Assembly: GCA_947478395.1 (NCBI GenBank)
Contig: CANJVR010000002.1
Coordinates: forward strand, 160,001 to 224,000
Reading direction: 5' to 3'
DNA length: 64,000 nt
Origin: Opitutia bacterium
GTDB taxonomy: Bacteria > Verrucomicrobiota > Verrucomicrobiia > Opitutales > Opitutaceae
Each line of letters starts with the position of its first letter. The stretch's first letter is position 1. Under the pieces are notes generated by a model. It saw only the letters and a program-made list of their open reading frames with translations. It did no database searches and was not told the DNA's origin. Of this stretch, positions 29,306 through 40,006 are shown one piece after another. Made by a program: the position numbers and the translations under genes.

Positions 29306-30529
29306 CTACGAGGCTCGGCGCCGCAGACTGGCGACATAGAAACCATCGCTGTTGTGCTGCGAAGGGAGGATGGCGAGACCGACGTGGCGTGGGGTCGCGG
29401 CGAAGACATGCGCCGGCGGCTCGGCATCGAAGCCGGTGTGCGCGGCGAGGAAAGCGGCGACGACGTCCTCGTTTTCCATCCGGCTCAACGAACACGTCGC
29501 ATAGACGAGTCGTCCGCCGGGTCGCACGAGCGCGGCCGATGCCGTGAGCAGCGCGAGCTGGGTTTCGGCCGCGTGCGTAATTTGTCCGGGCGTGGTGGTC
29601 CACTTGAGGTAGGGCGAGCGCCGCCAGGTGCCGGAGCCGCTGCACGGGGCGTCGATCAGAACGCCGTCGTACTGCGCAGGTGGGAGCGGTGCCTCCGCCA
29701 GCACGGCGACGTTGGTCAAGCCGGCTCGGTCGGCGCGGGTTTTGAGTTCGCGCAAGGCCGACGGTCGAATATCGAACGCATCGACGTGTCCTGTGGCACC
29801 GACGAGAGCGGCGAGTTGCAGGGTTTTTCCGCCCGCGCCGGCGCAGGCGTCGAGCCAACGTCCGCCGGCGGCGATGCCGGCAGATTCTAGGATCAACTGC
29901 GAACCGAGGTCCTGAATCTCAACCCAGCCGCGCTCCCACGCTTTGGTTTTGGTAACATCGCCTTCGGTGAGCAGCTGAATCGCACGGGGCAAAATTGCCG
30001 AGCGGCGAAACGTCCAACCGGCGGCGGTAAATTCGGCGAGCACTTCGGCCGTGGCGTCAGCGGATGGAGTTTGGAGCCGGAGCCATAGCGGCGCGCGGGT
30101 GTGGAGGGCGTCGAGTTCGGCCGGCAACGCGGTGTCTGCGCAATGACGGGGCAGCCAGTCGGGCAACAAAGCGAGTGCGTCGGTTTTGAGGTGGTTCGCT
30201 TTGGCGGCAACACTTGGCGGGCACGGCGGCCAGCCGTGGCAAAGTTCGGCGCGATAGGCGCGCGTGGCGGGGAGATCCGCCGCGAGCCAGGCGACGGCCG
30301 TCGCAGCGCGCGCCGGGTCGGTCTCGAGCAGCGGCTCGATCCAAGGCAGAAAGCGGACCGTGGTGTAAATGAGTTCACGGTAGAGCCGGCGGTCGCGCGA
30401 ACCAAACGCGCGGTTGGCGGCAAAAAGTTCGTTGATGCGGGTGGGAAGATTTGGATCGCGCCGCCAGTGCGGACTGAGCGCGGCGACGAGGCGGAGGAAG
30501 ATTTTTTGCTGACTGCCGGAGAGGGACAT
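29306..30529 (-). CDS. RsmB/NOP family SAM-dependent RNA methyltransferase
   Basis: EIQDLGSQ, DACAGAGGKT, DAPCSGSG, YATCS and ENE. Confidence 0.92.
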   Translation of the reverse strand: MSLSGSQQKIFLRLVAALSPHWRRDPNLPTRINELFAANRAFGSRDRRLYRELIYTTVRFLPWIEPLLETDPARAATAVAWLAADLPATRAYRAELCHGWPPCPPSVAAKANHLKTDALALLPDWLPRHCADTALPAELDALHTRAPLWLRLQTPSADATAEVLAEFTAAGWTFRRSAILPRAIQLLTEGDVTKTKAWERGWVEIQDLGSQLILESAGIAAGGRWLDACAGAGGKTLQLAALVGATGHVDAFDIRPSALRELKTRADRAGLTNVAVLAEAPLPPAQYDGVLIDAPCSGSGTWRRSPYLKWTTTPGQITHAAETQLALLTASAALVRPGGRLVYATCSLSRMENEDVVAAFLAAHTGFDAEPPAHVFAATPRHVGLAILPSQHNSDGFYVASLRRRAS

Positions 30530-30543
30530 GAATGGAAATAGGA

Positions 30544-30685
30544 TTTAGCGCGAAGACGTACAGGCGGCCAAATTCCGCGACGGGAAGGCGAGGCGATCGG
30601 ACCGCCTAACGTATCACGGGGCTGAAGTAGAATATGAAACTATTTCTTCGCGGTTCGTTGCGGCCCTTCGCGCCTTCGCCCTAAA
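30544..30685. repeat. Degenerate inverted-repeat element (cgcgaag-type)
   Basis: Left end tttagcgcgaagacg...; right end reverse complement tttagggcgaaggcgcgaag... Confidence 0.5.
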
Positions 30686-30706
30686 ACGCCAGATTGATTG
30701 GTCCGA

Positions 30707-32812
30707 TCAGAAATTGCGCGTCTCGATCTGGATGTTGAAGCCAAAGCCGTTTTCCCGGCGGCTGCCGGAGCGGACTGATACCATGTATTCGATGAGCCAG
30801 GTGTTCTCGAGATTTTGCACGATGCCGTACGCCTGCTCGTTGAGGCGGCGCGCGCGGGCATCGTAAGCGAGGCGGGCGAGAACGTCGTACGATTCGTTCA
30901 CGTGGATCCGGCCCTCGATCCGGTACTCCTCGGATTCGCGCCGGAGAAAATTATTCGAGAACCGCACTGACCATGCGCTACCATCGCGGATCGTAACGCC
31001 GGAGTTAAATTCCTGCAGCGTGCCGGTCTGTGGCGTGAAACTGTGGTAGGAGTCCACCTGCAGCCACGGCGCGGGCATGAAGGCGAATTCACTGTGAATC
31101 TCGGAGAGATCACGATCGCCGGGTTCGCGGTGAAATCGAAAATCGGCCGCGACATTCAGCACGAGCAGATCGCGCGAGCCGTAGGCCGGATCGCGGGTCT
31201 GGACCGCGTTGTCGACCCCGAGCCGCACCGTGTTGGTGGCGTGGAGATCGTCGATGGATCGCTGGTCGCCCAAGCCGAGCGGACGCAGGTAGCTGGTCAG
31301 TGGCTCGCGCCGATCGATGGCGGGGATGTAGCGCCGACCGAGGTCGCCCTGAGGGATATAACGGTAACTCAGTTTCGGCGTCAGGAGATGGCGAAGGCCG
31401 TCGATTTTCCACTGCGGGTTTTTGTAATCGTAGGTGGCGCTGGCACGAAGATCGGCGTCGAAGCCGAGTTCGCCGAGCACCCGCGTGTACGCGCCGGCTT
31501 GGCGCGCACCGACCGTGCCGGAGTAATGCGTGACACGGCCGCCGGCCAGGGGCGTGATACTTAGCCACTCGCGCGGCGTGAAGGGGCGCGTGAGCGCGTA
31601 GTAGGCGTCAAGGCGATCGGACTCGAGCCGCGGGCTGAGACCGGCGGGCGGGCGTTCGCGGAGGACGACGGCGCTGGCGTTGAACCGCTGATAAAAACCC
31701 TGTCCGACGGCGAACGGCAGCAGGTCGAAGCGCACCTCTGGCAGGCGCTCCTGCACCGGGTTGAACGCATTCGGCTGCACCCGCGCGAACGCGGAAACTA
31801 AATAATTATGACCGGTGTAGACCGACTCGACGAAGCTGTCGGGCTCCTGCACTGGAAAAAAGTATTTAGGATAAAAATCGCGAACGATCTCGGAGTCCTT
31901 CCACCAGTTCACGGTGGCGGCGAGGGTGAGATTTTCAGTGAGGCGCTGCGCGTGCTGCCACTCGACGTAGCCGCGATTGGAGGAAATCGGGCGACTGAGA
32001 ACATCGGTGAGTTTTTCGCCGTGATCGTGAATAAACCCGCTCCGAAAAAAACCGCGAAGATCCTCGCCGTCGTTCGGTCCGCGGTAGGAGGCCGAGGGTC
32101 CCGCCATCAGACCGCGGGCCGTGTAGAATCCAATGTCCCCGCCGACTTTTACGCCGTCCTTGACTGGAATACGGAGGCCCATTTCACCGAAAGCACCAAG
32201 GCTTTTTCGGAAGCCGCCGTTGAACGTGAGGTAAGAGGCGAGGGGTTCATTTAGATTTTGTTGGAATTTAGGCAGCGGTAGGGTTTGCGCCCCGCCGAGC
32301 CCGAGCCGCGGCGCGGTGGCGTGGATGTTCTGGCCGGGCGCGTAGCTAATCGTATTCGTGTAAACGGTCGGTTGCCAGGGGCCCGGCTCGTGGTAGGAAA
32401 CGACCGCGTTCTGGAGCGACAGCTCCTTCAAACTACCGGTCGCTGAGCTGCCGCTGATATAAAAAGGATATCGGCCCGTACGTAGGGCGCCGGTGGCGAA
32501 AGTGCCGGGGGCCAGATCGTAGGTGAGTTTGTCCGTGAGGATGCGAACCGGCCCGCGGGTGAGCGTGACCTGACCGATGGCGACGGCTACGCCGGTTTTT
32601 TGGTTGTAGGTGATTTCGTCGGCGGTGAGCAGGGCCGGTCCGTTTTGAAGCCGAGCGTGACCCTTCAGGATGCCTATTCCGGTTCCAAAATCGAATCCCG
32701 AGGCGGAGTCGGCGCTATAGTCCACCACGGATTCGGGCGGCGGAGATTCCGCTCCGCGGCTCGTGAACGACGAAAGGGCCGCGATTAAAAAAAAGGAAAT
32801 ACGACGACGCAC
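30707..32812 (-). CDS. lptD: LPS-assembly protein LptD (probable)
   Basis: Signal peptide, N-terminal beta-jellyroll (L.ADEI.YN..TG...A.G.V), RLPE, RH...P...Y.Y.P, C-terminal Phe. Confidence 0.78.
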   Translation of the reverse strand: MRRRISFFLIAALSSFTSRGAESPPPESVVDYSADSASGFDFGTGIGILKGHARLQNGPALLTADEITYNQKTGVAVAIGQVTLTRGPVRILTDKLTYDLAPGTFATGALRTGRYPFYISGSSATGSLKELSLQNAVVSYHEPGPWQPTVYTNTISYAPGQNIHATAPRLGLGGAQTLPLPKFQQNLNEPLASYLTFNGGFRKSLGAFGEMGLRIPVKDGVKVGGDIGFYTARGLMAGPSASYRGPNDGEDLRGFFRSGFIHDHGEKLTDVLSRPISSNRGYVEWQHAQRLTENLTLAATVNWWKDSEIVRDFYPKYFFPVQEPDSFVESVYTGHNYLVSAFARVQPNAFNPVQERLPEVRFDLLPFAVGQGFYQRFNASAVVLRERPPAGLSPRLESDRLDAYYALTRPFTPREWLSITPLAGGRVTHYSGTVGARQAGAYTRVLGELGFDADLRASATYDYKNPQWKIDGLRHLLTPKLSYRYIPQGDLGRRYIPAIDRREPLTSYLRPLGLGDQRSIDDLHATNTVRLGVDNAVQTRDPAYGSRDLLVLNVAADFRFHREPGDRDLSEIHSEFAFMPAPWLQVDSYHSFTPQTGTLQEFNSGVTIRDGSAWSVRFSNNFLRRESEEYRIEGRIHVNESYDVLARLAYDARARRLNEQAYGIVQNLENTWLIEYMVSVRSGSRRENGFGFNIQIETRNF

Positions 32813-32957
32813 GCGCGAAGCAAAGGCGCCGGTTTCCCGCCAAGCAAGGGCGGGTTTTTGAATTCAATGGTTCGGAAAATGCTAAGCGGTGAACGGTGAC
32901 CGTCCGAGGAAAGTTCCAGACGTTTTGGCTTTCCGCCCGGATCATCGCCGAAACAAG

Positions 32958-35747
32958 ATGAAATCGCACATGCCAAAAAAATCAGCCCTTCGTCCCGCCG
33001 CCGCGCTGCCAGAAATGCCGCCGCTCGCCGCCGAAGTGAGGGCGCTGGGCACGGCCTTGGGTCGTGTGATCACACGGCTCGAAGGGCCGGCCACCTTCGA
33101 AATGGTCGAGACGCTGCGGAAACTGGCGAAGGCCCGGCGGGGCAACGATCGCACCGCGGCGACGGCGTTGTCCGAGAAAATCGCCGCGCTCCCCGCCGCC
33201 GAGGCCTTCAACCAGGCGATGGCCTTCACGCTTTATTTTGAACTCGTGAATCTGGCTGAGGAAAATTTCCGCATTCTCCTGCTGCGGCGCCGGCGGGCGG
33301 CGTGGCAGCTCGGGGTCGAGGGCGCAAAGCCGATGCGCGAATCGATCGAGGCCGCCGTGCTCGAGCTGAAACAGGACGGCGTCACGCCCGCGGCCATGCA
33401 GGCGTTGGTGGACCGTTTAAACATTGAATTGGTTTTCACCGCGCATCCCACGGAGTCCAAACGCCGAACACTCCTCACGAAACTGCGCCGGCTGGGTGAA
33501 ATTTTACGTCAGCGCGCGCAGCCCGAGACGCTCACCGAGCCCGCGTTGCTTGAGCCCGAGTGCGTCGAACGCGAGATCGCCTCGCTCTGGCTGACCGATC
33601 GTAGCCGCGTCGCGCGGCCGGAGGTGGCCGACGAGGCCCGCACCGGGTTGTGGTATTTCGACACGACGCTTTACGCGGCCCTGCCGAGGTTGCACGCGGA
33701 CATGACGCGGGCGCTGGCGCGACATTATCCGACCGTGAGCGCGCCGAAGCGGTGGCTCGAGTTCGGCTCGTGGATTGGCGGCGACCGCGATGGCAATCCC
33801 GGCGTCACGGCGGCGGTGACCGCCGAGGTGCTGCGGCTGCACCGCCGGCTTGCGATCGAGAAACTACAAGTGAGTACCCGCGATCTGTCCCGCTCGCTCA
33901 CGGTCAGCGACCGCCGCGACCGGGTGGTGCCGGCTCTGCGCAAGGAACTGCGCGAAAATCTGCACGCCACCCAGTATCTCGAGCTCTTGAAAAAACGGTA
34001 CCCACACGAGCCCTACCGTCTCCTTCTCGGAGTATTGCGCGAGCGGTTGGTTCAGGCCGCAGACGATCTGGTCAAAGGCGACGCGCTGGCGGCGACCGCT
34101 CACGAGACGAATGATTTTCGCCGCGCCACGATCAGCGAAACGTTGGAAACGATCCGGGCTAGCCTGCTGGCCGGCCGCGGGGCGATCCTCGCTGACGGCG
34201 AACTGAAAATCCTGAGCGAGCAAGTGGAAGTGTTCGGTCTGCACACGGCCCGGCTGGATATTCGCCAGCATTCGTCGCATCATGAAGCCGCGGTGGCCGA
34301 GGTGCTCGGTCGCGACGATTATACGAAGCTTGATGAGTCGGCCAAGCAGTCGGTCTTGCTTGCGGCGCTGAGCGAGGCGAGCCGGAAGTCCGATGCGGCG
34401 GTTGCAAAATATTCCGCAGCGACGCGCCACGTGCTCGACCCTCTTGTACTCGCCGCGCGGGCGGCGCAGCGCTTCGGCCCTGAGGTACTCGGCATTGCGA
34501 TTATCAGCATGACGGACGGCGTCTCGGATCTCCTCGAGCTCGAGCTGCTGCAGAAGATCGCGGGGGCCGCGCTGCCGGTGGCGCCGTTGTTCGAAACGCT
34601 CGATGATCTCCAGCGCGCGCCGGAGATTCTGGAAACGTATTTCACTTTGCCGGGGCGCGAGCGTCCGGTGCACCAGCATGTGATGCTCGGTTACTCGGAC
34701 AGCAACAAGGACTGTGGTTACCTCACGGCGAACTGGGCGTTGTATGAAGCGCAGGCGGTGATCGCGGACGTGTGTCGAAAGTACGCCGTGCGCGTGACGC
34801 TGTTTCACGGCCGTGGCGGCAGTATCGCGCGTGGTGGCGGACCCGCGGCGAAGGCGATCCTGGCGCAACCGGCTGGCTTGCGCGACGGCGGCATCCGGGT
34901 GACGGAGCAGGGGGAAGTGTTGTCCACGCGGTATCACGATCCCGATCTCGCGCACCGTATCTTGGAACAAATGGCCTACGGCGTGATGCTCGGAACCCAC
35001 GCGGCGGAAAGCGCGGACAACGTGCCGTCGGAGTGGCGCGCCGCGATGGCCGCGATGAGTGCGGCGGGATTTGCGGCTTACAAGGCGGTGGTGCACGACG
35101 ATCCCGACTTCCTGGTTTTTTGGAAGCAGGCGACGCCGATCGATGAGATCAGCAATTTGAAATTTGGTTCACGGCCGACTTTTCGCCGGGCCACGACCAG
35201 CGTCGAAGACCTCCGCGCAATTCCGTGGGTGTTCTCGTGGATGCAAAGCCGGTTTAACTTTCCCGGCTGGTTCGGCCTTGGCAGTGCATTGGATGCCGTG
35301 CTGAAGCGCGGCCGGGCGGGAAAAAAGCTGTTGCGGGCGATGCATGCGGAGTGGCCCTTTTTCCAGACGCTCATCGATAACGCCCAGCTCACGATGCACA
35401 AAGCCGACATGGGGATCGCGGCGCTCTACGCCGAACTCGTGGAAGACCCGCAGATCCGAAAGCGGATCTTCGCCGTGCTCGCCGCCGAGTTTGCGCGGAC
35501 CGAAGCGGCGATTCTGGCGGTGACAGGTCAGCGGCAATTGCTGGCGCGCGAGCCGGTGCTTTTGAATTCAGTGCGGCTGCGCAATCCGTACATCGATCCC
35601 CTGAACTATCTCCAAGTGGAAATGATGCGACGTTTGCGGACCAGTGGCGCAAGCGCGCGGTTGTCCGTCGAGGAAGCCGACGCCGTGCGTGCGGTGATCG
35701 AACTCACGATCAACGGGATTTCCGGCGGATTGAAAAACACGGGATAA
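32958..35747 (+). CDS. ppc: Phosphoenolpyruvate carboxylase
   Basis: VFTAHPTE, SWIGGDRDGNP, PLFET, MLGYSDSNKD, FHGRGG, LRAIPW and terminal KNTG. Confidence 0.96.
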   Translation: MKSHMPKKSALRPAAALPEMPPLAAEVRALGTALGRVITRLEGPATFEMVETLRKLAKARRGNDRTAATALSEKIAALPAAEAFNQAMAFTLYFELVNLAEENFRILLLRRRRAAWQLGVEGAKPMRESIEAAVLELKQDGVTPAAMQALVDRLNIELVFTAHPTESKRRTLLTKLRRLGEILRQRAQPETLTEPALLEPECVEREIASLWLTDRSRVARPEVADEARTGLWYFDTTLYAALPRLHADMTRALARHYPTVSAPKRWLEFGSWIGGDRDGNPGVTAAVTAEVLRLHRRLAIEKLQVSTRDLSRSLTVSDRRDRVVPALRKELRENLHATQYLELLKKRYPHEPYRLLLGVLRERLVQAADDLVKGDALAATAHETNDFRRATISETLETIRASLLAGRGAILADGELKILSEQVEVFGLHTARLDIRQHSSHHEAAVAEVLGRDDYTKLDESAKQSVLLAALSEASRKSDAAVAKYSAATRHVLDPLVLAARAAQRFGPEVLGIAIISMTDGVSDLLELELLQKIAGAALPVAPLFETLDDLQRAPEILETYFTLPGRERPVHQHVMLGYSDSNKDCGYLTANWALYEAQAVIADVCRKYAVRVTLFHGRGGSIARGGGPAAKAILAQPAGLRDGGIRVTEQGEVLSTRYHDPDLAHRILEQMAYGVMLGTHAAESADNVPSEWRAAMAAMSAAGFAAYKAVVHDDPDFLVFWKQATPIDEISNLKFGSRPTFRRATTSVEDLRAIPWVFSWMQSRFNFPGWFGLGSALDAVLKRGRAGKKLLRAMHAEWPFFQTLIDNAQLTMHKADMGIAALYAELVEDPQIRKRIFAVLAAEFARTEAAILAVTGQRQLLAREPVLLNSVRLRNPYIDPLNYLQVEMMRRLRTSGASARLSVEEADAVRAVIELTINGISGGLKNTG

Positions 35748-35926
35748 CGCGTCGGTGTAGAGGCGCGCCGTAGTCATCATTGTCATTGCGAGGTGCGCGC
35801 AGCGCGCGGTCGCCATCACGCTCCATGGTTTCGAGGCGGTCAGACTAGCAATGGCAAGGCGGGCGTAGCCCGGCGCATTCGCGACTAGACGGCGCCGCGT
35901 GTGGTCCCCAGCGTGGGGTTTCTTCC

Positions 35927-38140
35927 GTGATTATTTCGAAGGTCGATCTCGCCGCTTTGTTGTCTGCCACTCATTCCGCGCCGCATGCGGTGCTCGGGAT
36001 GCATCCGCATCTCCGGGGGAAAAGTCAGGGTGTCGTCGTGCGGGCGATGCTCCGCGAGGCGCTGACGTGTGCGGTCGTGGAACTCGGAGCCACGCCGCCG
36101 AAGGTCCACGAGATGAAACGGCTGGCACCGGAGGGCCTGTTCGAGGGCTTCATTGCGAAGCGACCGGGCGTATTTCGCTATCAACTCCGCGCGACCTTCC
36201 CGAATGGCGAGACGCGCCAGTTCTTCGATCCATATTGTTTCCTGCCGACGCTGGGCGAGCAGGACCTCTATCTCTTTAACGAGGGCAACGAGCACCGGAT
36301 CTACGAGAAGCTCGGCGCAAATGCGCGTGAACTCGACGGCGTGAAGGGCGTGGCCTTCGCCGTATGGGCGCCGGCGGCCGCGCGTGTTTCGGTCGTGGGA
36401 AATTTTAATCACTGGGACGGCCGCTATCATCCGATGCGCCCGCTTGGTGCGTCGGGGGTTTGGGAATTGTTCGTTCCAGGATTGGGCGCGGGGGAACTCT
36501 ACAAATTCGAGTTGCGCGATCAGGCGGGCAACGTCCGCGTGAAGACCGATCCGTACGGCACGTATTTCGAGGCGCCGCCGGGCAACGCGGCGATCGTATG
36601 CGAGGTCGGGCATTTTACGTGGAACGATACCGGGTGGATGGAGCGCAGGCGGACGGAGGCGGCGCAACTCGACCGGCCGATTTCGGTTTACGAATTGCAC
36701 CTCGGATCGTGGAAGCGGAAACCCGAGGACAACGACCGGCCGTTGAGCTATCGCGAGCTCGGCCCGCAACTCGCGGACTACGTCACGGAGATGGGCTTCA
36801 CGCATGTGGAAATCATGCCGATTGCGGAGCATCCCTTCGATGGCTCGTGGGGTTATCAAGTGACGGGTTTTTTTGCGCCGACCCACCGGTACGGCTCACC
36901 CGAGGATTTTGCCTGGTTCGTGGACCTGCTACACCAGCGCGGCATCGGGGTGATTCTCGACTGGGTGCCGGCGCATTTCCCGCGAGATACGTTTGCGCTG
37001 GCCGAGTTCGACGGCACGCACCTCTACGAACACGCCGATCCGCGGCAAGGCTCGCACATGGACTGGGGCACGCTGATTTTTAATTATGGGCGCAACGAAG
37101 TGCGCTGCTTTCTCGTCGCGAGCGCGCTCGCCTGGCTCGAGCGTTACCATATCGACGGCCTGCGTGTTGATGCGGTCGCCTCGATGCTGTACCTCGATTA
37201 TTCGCGCCAGGAAGGGCAGTGGATCCCGAACAAATACGGCGGACGGGAGAATTTGGAGGCGATCGATTTCCTCAAGCAGGTGAACGATCTGGTGCACCGC
37301 TATTATCCGGGTGCGCGCATGATTGCCGAGGAGAGTACATCGTTTCCGCGGGTTAGCCGGCCGACGAGCGAGGGCGGGCTGGGCTTCGACTACAAGTGGA
37401 ACATGGGTTGGATGAACGACACGCTGCGCTATTTTGCGAAGGAGTCGGTGCATCGCCGGTGGCATCAGAGCGATCTCACGTTCGGCATGCTTTACCAGTA
37501 CACCGAAAATTTCGCGCTGGTTTTTTCGCACGATGAAGTGGTGCATGGCAAAGCCTCGATGCTGTTCAAGATGGGGGCGTGGCACATTTCCGAGAAAGCG
37601 GCGAACCTGCGCGCACTTTACGCCCACCTGTGGTGTTACCCGGGTAAGAAGCTGCTCTTTATGGGGAGCGAGTTCGCGCAGTCGCACGAGTGGAATCATG
37701 CTGCGAGCCTGGACTGGCACCTCTGCCAGTATCCCGATCACGAGGGCGTACGTCGGCTCGTGCGCGATCTGAACAAGCTCTACGTCACCGAGCCGGTGCT
37801 GAGCTGGAACGATTTCAACCCCCACGGATTCCGCTGGATCACGTGTCACGATGCGGGCGCCAACCTGATTGCCTACCTGCGGCTGGATCCTTTTGAGCGG
37901 ACCTTGTTCGTGGTCGTGGCCCACTTCGGCGGCGCGACGCGTTCGTATCGGATCGGCGTGCCCCGGCGCGGTTTTTGGCGCGAGGTGATTAACTCGAACA
38001 GCGAATACTACGGCGGTACCGGGCTCGGCAACGATGGCGGCCGCGAGGCTGAGGAAGTGGGGAGCGACGGATTCAGCCAGTCGCTCAACGTGACGATCGC
38101 GCCATTTGCGACCACGGTGTTCAAGTGGAGCGCAGAGTAA
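35927..38140 (+). CDS. glgB: 1,4-alpha-glucan branching enzyme
   Basis: FAVWAP, YELHLGSW, HPFDGSWGYQ, DWVPAHFP, RVDAVASM, AEEST and SHDEVVHGK. Confidence 0.97.
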   Translation: MIISKVDLAALLSATHSAPHAVLGMHPHLRGKSQGVVVRAMLREALTCAVVELGATPPKVHEMKRLAPEGLFEGFIAKRPGVFRYQLRATFPNGETRQFFDPYCFLPTLGEQDLYLFNEGNEHRIYEKLGANARELDGVKGVAFAVWAPAAARVSVVGNFNHWDGRYHPMRPLGASGVWELFVPGLGAGELYKFELRDQAGNVRVKTDPYGTYFEAPPGNAAIVCEVGHFTWNDTGWMERRRTEAAQLDRPISVYELHLGSWKRKPEDNDRPLSYRELGPQLADYVTEMGFTHVEIMPIAEHPFDGSWGYQVTGFFAPTHRYGSPEDFAWFVDLLHQRGIGVILDWVPAHFPRDTFALAEFDGTHLYEHADPRQGSHMDWGTLIFNYGRNEVRCFLVASALAWLERYHIDGLRVDAVASMLYLDYSRQEGQWIPNKYGGRENLEAIDFLKQVNDLVHRYYPGARMIAEESTSFPRVSRPTSEGGLGFDYKWNMGWMNDTLRYFAKESVHRRWHQSDLTFGMLYQYTENFALVFSHDEVVHGKASMLFKMGAWHISEKAANLRALYAHLWCYPGKKLLFMGSEFAQSHEWNHAASLDWHLCQYPDHEGVRRLVRDLNKLYVTEPVLSWNDFNPHGFRWITCHDAGANLIAYLRLDPFERTLFVVVAHFGGATRSYRIGVPRRGFWREVINSNSEYYGGTGLGNDGGREAEEVGSDGFSQSLNVTIAPFATTVFKWSAE

Positions 38141-38145
38141 GCGCG

Positions 38146-38427
38146 ATGGAGGACCGTGCGGTGCTTCGGGAGCGCTCGCCGTTCGGCGCGCCCCGCCCGC
38201 TGGAAAATTCGCAGATTCTAGAACTGAAACTTTTCCGGAAAAACTGGGGGTTAAACCTCGCCGAACGGGAGCGAATGATTGGCGAGAAGGAATCCCGTCG
38301 GGCTGAGCAGGCTCGCCAGCTCTCCGGGTTTTGAACGCTCCTGGCCACGCGTGAGTAACGGCTGGCCGTCGTCCGTCCCGCCGAGGAGGACGAAGCCGCG
38401 TCCAAGCGCGATGAGTTCAAGAAATAA
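38146..38427 (+). pseudogene. Probable decayed gene for a charged coiled-coil protein
   Basis: One frame reads ...LAERERMIGEKESRRAEQARQLSGF*TLLATRE*RLAVVRPAEEDEAASKRDEFKK* with in-frame stops at 38332 and 38356. Confidence 0.45.
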
Positions 38428-38547
38428 CGATCGGCCGCCCACCTTTGGGCGGCCGTAATCGCGCGTTGACGTACCCGACTGCGTTCCCTGAAAATTCTCG
38501 GCAACAATCCCTCCGACTTGCCGTCCCAAGACGAACGTCATCCCTGA

Positions 38548-39744
38548 ATGAAACTCCTCCGCCTCGTTATTCTGATCTCCGGTTTGTCCCCTTTGGTTGC
38601 GCTGGCCCAAGACGAAAAACAAGGTCCGCCTCCGGTAGATATTCCCGATTTCTCAAATCTCGACGAATACATCTACGTTCCCCGCTCGATTCTGCATTTC
38701 GGTGCGCGCTTCATCAGCGGGCCCAAGTCGTCTTTTGCCGGTAAAGGGCGTATTTCCACGGGCGACGACATCGGCGCGGCGACCGGTACGAGCACCCAGC
38801 GCTCCTATCACGACGGTCAAGTGAACATCGATACCCGGCGGGTTAACGTCGACAACGGCGACGGCACGAGCTCATCGGAGCCCATTCCCAATGACGGCAA
38901 AACGAACTCCTGGGCCTACTTCGATAGCCGGCAGATAACGTCAGATGGCCTGATCACATTTCATACCTACACGGCGGATATCGTCGATACGGCGGTACGC
39001 GCGAAGTCCATGTCCAGTACCGTCGGGATGGAACTGTTTGCGGTCTACGAGATGGGTAAGCTCGGAAAGTATCTCGATTGGAGCATGGTCTTCGGCTTCA
39101 GCGTCAACGACCTTGGTTCGAAGGTTCGCGACCAAGTGAAGGCGAATCTTACATCGATTAACGATACCTATAACCTTTTCGGCGAAATTCCGCCGACCGC
39201 TCCTTACTCCGGGCCGTCCAGTTCCTCGGTCACCATCGCCAGCTCCGATGGTACGACGATCGCCTCAACGGTGGACACCACCACGTTGCTCGGCAACGCG
39301 CCGTTGAAGCGTGATGCCATCACCACGACGGATTCGACCAGCGTGTCCAATCTTTGGAAGTTAAAGGGCGCGTACTACACATTTCGCGGCGGTCCTTCCA
39401 TTTCACTCCCGTTCTCGAGCCGCTTCCACGCGGTGATCAGTGCCGGCCCGTCGCTCGTTTATGCCGGCTCCAGTTACTCGGTCACTGAGACTTATCAGCC
39501 GACGCTTGGCGCCGAAACGACCATGACGTTGAGCGACGGGACGAGTCGTCTGCTCGCAGGCTACTACGCGGATGCTACGCTCCAATTCGATCTGACGGAG
39601 CGCACAGGATTTTATTTCGGTGCGATTTATCAGGCCAATGGCCGCTACGATCAGACGCTCGTCAACGGCGACGCGAGTTACACCACCCGCGTTGATCTCA
39701 GCGGTTTGAACGGATTTCGCGGTGGTCTCACCTTCCGCTTCTAA
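38548..39744 (+). CDS. Secreted/outer-membrane hypothetical protein (probable beta-barrel)
   Basis: Signal peptide, amphipathic strands, Ser/Thr-rich loops, terminal GLTFRF BAM-type motif. Confidence 0.7.
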   Translation: MKLLRLVILISGLSPLVALAQDEKQGPPPVDIPDFSNLDEYIYVPRSILHFGARFISGPKSSFAGKGRISTGDDIGAATGTSTQRSYHDGQVNIDTRRVNVDNGDGTSSSEPIPNDGKTNSWAYFDSRQITSDGLITFHTYTADIVDTAVRAKSMSSTVGMELFAVYEMGKLGKYLDWSMVFGFSVNDLGSKVRDQVKANLTSINDTYNLFGEIPPTAPYSGPSSSSVTIASSDGTTIASTVDTTTLLGNAPLKRDAITTTDSTSVSNLWKLKGAYYTFRGGPSISLPFSSRFHAVISAGPSLVYAGSSYSVTETYQPTLGAETTMTLSDGTSRLLAGYYADATLQFDLTERTGFYFGAIYQANGRYDQTLVNGDASYTTRVDLSGLNGFRGGLTFRF

Positions 39745-40006
39745 GCGGGCGATTAGAAAAGCAGGGCGCCTTAGCGCGCGGGTTTGAATCTGCCCGGCGG
39801 TCACCACCTCCACGCCCTGCCGGCCACTCCGCGCGAGCGAGGAATTTCTCCTGGCGTGGCGCTGACGATTTGGATTTAGCGCGATAAGAGGGTAGCGCGC
39901 AGCGACTGGGAGTCTTAAACGGAGTGCGGGTAACGCGCCCGACCTCCCGTGATGGCCCGTGTTTTCAGCTTTCCTCGCGGCGAGCTCGTCGCTTTCGTGC
40001 CGCGCT

